DNA of 64,000 bases from Phoronis australis (taxonomy: Eukaryota > Animalia > Phoronida). Positions 62,701 to 64,000 of the stretch are shown here, piece by piece. The notes beneath the pieces are model-generated. The model was not told the origin of the DNA. It did no database searches and was given only the letters and a program-made list of their open reading frames with translations. The translations under genes were made by a program, and so were the position numbers. Every line of letters begins with the position of its first letter. Positions within the stretch are counted from its first letter, which is position 1. The stretch covers positions 60,748 through 124,747 of the forward strand of contig NMRA01000523.1 of assembly GCA_002633005.1 (NCBI GenBank). Direction: 5' to 3'.

Positions 62701-63838
62701 ATTATTATAAGTTCATTTCAAAACGAAGCGTGATTACCTGAATATCTACATCAAATAAATATTGGTCGGGTGACAGCTAATTGTCGGACACTATTACGGA
62801 TTTGTCAAGCCTTGTTTACAAAAATGACCGTTTTTTATACTCCACTACCATGTATGCCTAATGCCTAATCTTTATTGTCAGTTAACTGATATTGCAGCTA
62901 GAAAAACACTGCAAAACCGTTTTCAACCGCGTGAAGATTTTCTTAGTATAGATCAAGGTTCAAAGGTTACCCTAGAGCTGTCACTCAGACACTCACTAAA
63001 ATCGAATCTCGCGCCAGTATGTTTCAATGTGACGTCAGTTACAAACGCAAGATTCCAAAGCAACACGGATTGTGACTGAGTTACATAGTGCTCTTAATTT
63101 TGACAAAACGTGACGAATGGTTTAACTTTCAGAACCACTTCTCACTACAGCAATTGAAAAATCTCTGTTAAGCGTTCGATCAAAAGTGGATTCCCGCTTA
63201 ATAACAATGCATCGAGTTGTCAATCGGATACGGGCATTCTTTTCACGAACGCAAGCAGTTGCTATAAAAGCTAAATCCTCACCCAAATTCACTCTTTTGG
63301 TCTGTCATTTGACATTTTTTTAGTTTACCGATAACTGACTTAAGAGTTTAGGTCATTAAATGAGGTTTGTCATAACTTTAACAAGCAGGATATATTTCCT
63401 GAATGGATTCTTACGGTCAGCGTCATACACTGTAGCATTTAAAATTAGTAGCGGACGCCGGATACTGCGAGACATGGCAATGAACTAAGGCGGTGCGCCC
63501 AGCACTGTGGTTACCTTTGAGGAGTTACCTTATATTTTCCTAGCTTTAGTGTAGGCATTTGGAGCCTAGAGATGAATTGTTAATAGCACATGCGCCTAAC
63601 TAAATGAAAAAAGTGATAAAAATCAATATAACACATAACCAGCACCTTGACAGCGACTCTTGCACCCAGAACAGCTGCGAAATAACTCACTCGTCCCAGA
63701 ATCCGCAGCAGCGTTGCTCGCCCTTTGGTCCACAGCATGCGTGCATGTAGTCACTTTGGTTCCTCGTAGGACAGTTGAATTTTCCATACACGGTGCCATT
63801 TGAGTATTTTGCAACATTGTTCTCGCATATTCTAGTTT
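59669..63838 (-). CDS. Shisa-like single-pass membrane protein B (5' exons lie beyond the window)
   Basis: Four in-frame GT-AG exons homologous to gene A exons 3-6, with the same phases and an identical 148-nt Cys-domain exon length. Confidence 0.9.
61640..61690 (-). CDS. Shisa-like B cytoplasmic exon
   Basis: (A)SCSNSGGGCKFRNKTK; TTTCAG acceptor, AAG|GTGAGG donor. Confidence 0.8.
62580..62686 (-). CDS. Shisa-like B TM exon
   Basis: PGRIIQGVIGIVIGVLACIGFIICMVKFYYIKKKK; donor AAG|GTGAGT. Confidence 0.9.
63691..63838 (-). CDS. Shisa-like B Cys-rich domain exon
   Basis: TRICENNVAKYSNGTVYGKFNCPTRNQSDYMHACCGPKGEQRCCGFWD(D). Confidence 0.92.
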
Positions 63839-64000
63839 CTAGGAATAGACAAGTATACATGTGAATAGCTAGTAACAGGAATTCACACGACTTTGAAAGA
63901 GCTCTGTCAATTCAACTGATTGAATGACGATAGCTACCCCACAACGTTGCATCTTACTTTAACAAACCAGAGAGTAATTTTTGATCCTGGTTACCAGTAT

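Overview
AT-rich animal genomic DNA with spliceosomal introns, many MITEs and two assembly gaps; it looks like an invertebrate, but the taxon cannot be fixed from sequence alone. Protein-coding content: (1) an intronless 859-aa family-B (secretin/adhesion/Methuselah-like) GPCR with a somatomedin-B domain (4615-7194, -). (2) A complete 21-exon VPS16 gene (13325-33046, +; 832 aa) with two U12-type minor introns (one AT-AC, one GT-AG) and two GC-AG introns. (3) A tandem cluster of small multi-exon Shisa-like genes on the minus strand that the ORF track misses. These encode 6-Cys single-pass membrane proteins ending in PPxYxxPhi: gene A is complete (47460-54457, 208 aa), gene B runs off the right edge (59669->64000), and copy C is a decayed pseudogene (35735-44410) with a further B-type 3' fragment inside it. 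The window also holds a hAT transposase relic, nested MITEs with 5-bp TSDs, a tRNA-derived element, a TA-flanked insertion with a possible RecQ-helicase relic, and a 2.4-kb tandem duplication joined at a single N that is probably an uncollapsed haplotype. All gene models were built and translated by hand; no database searches were run.
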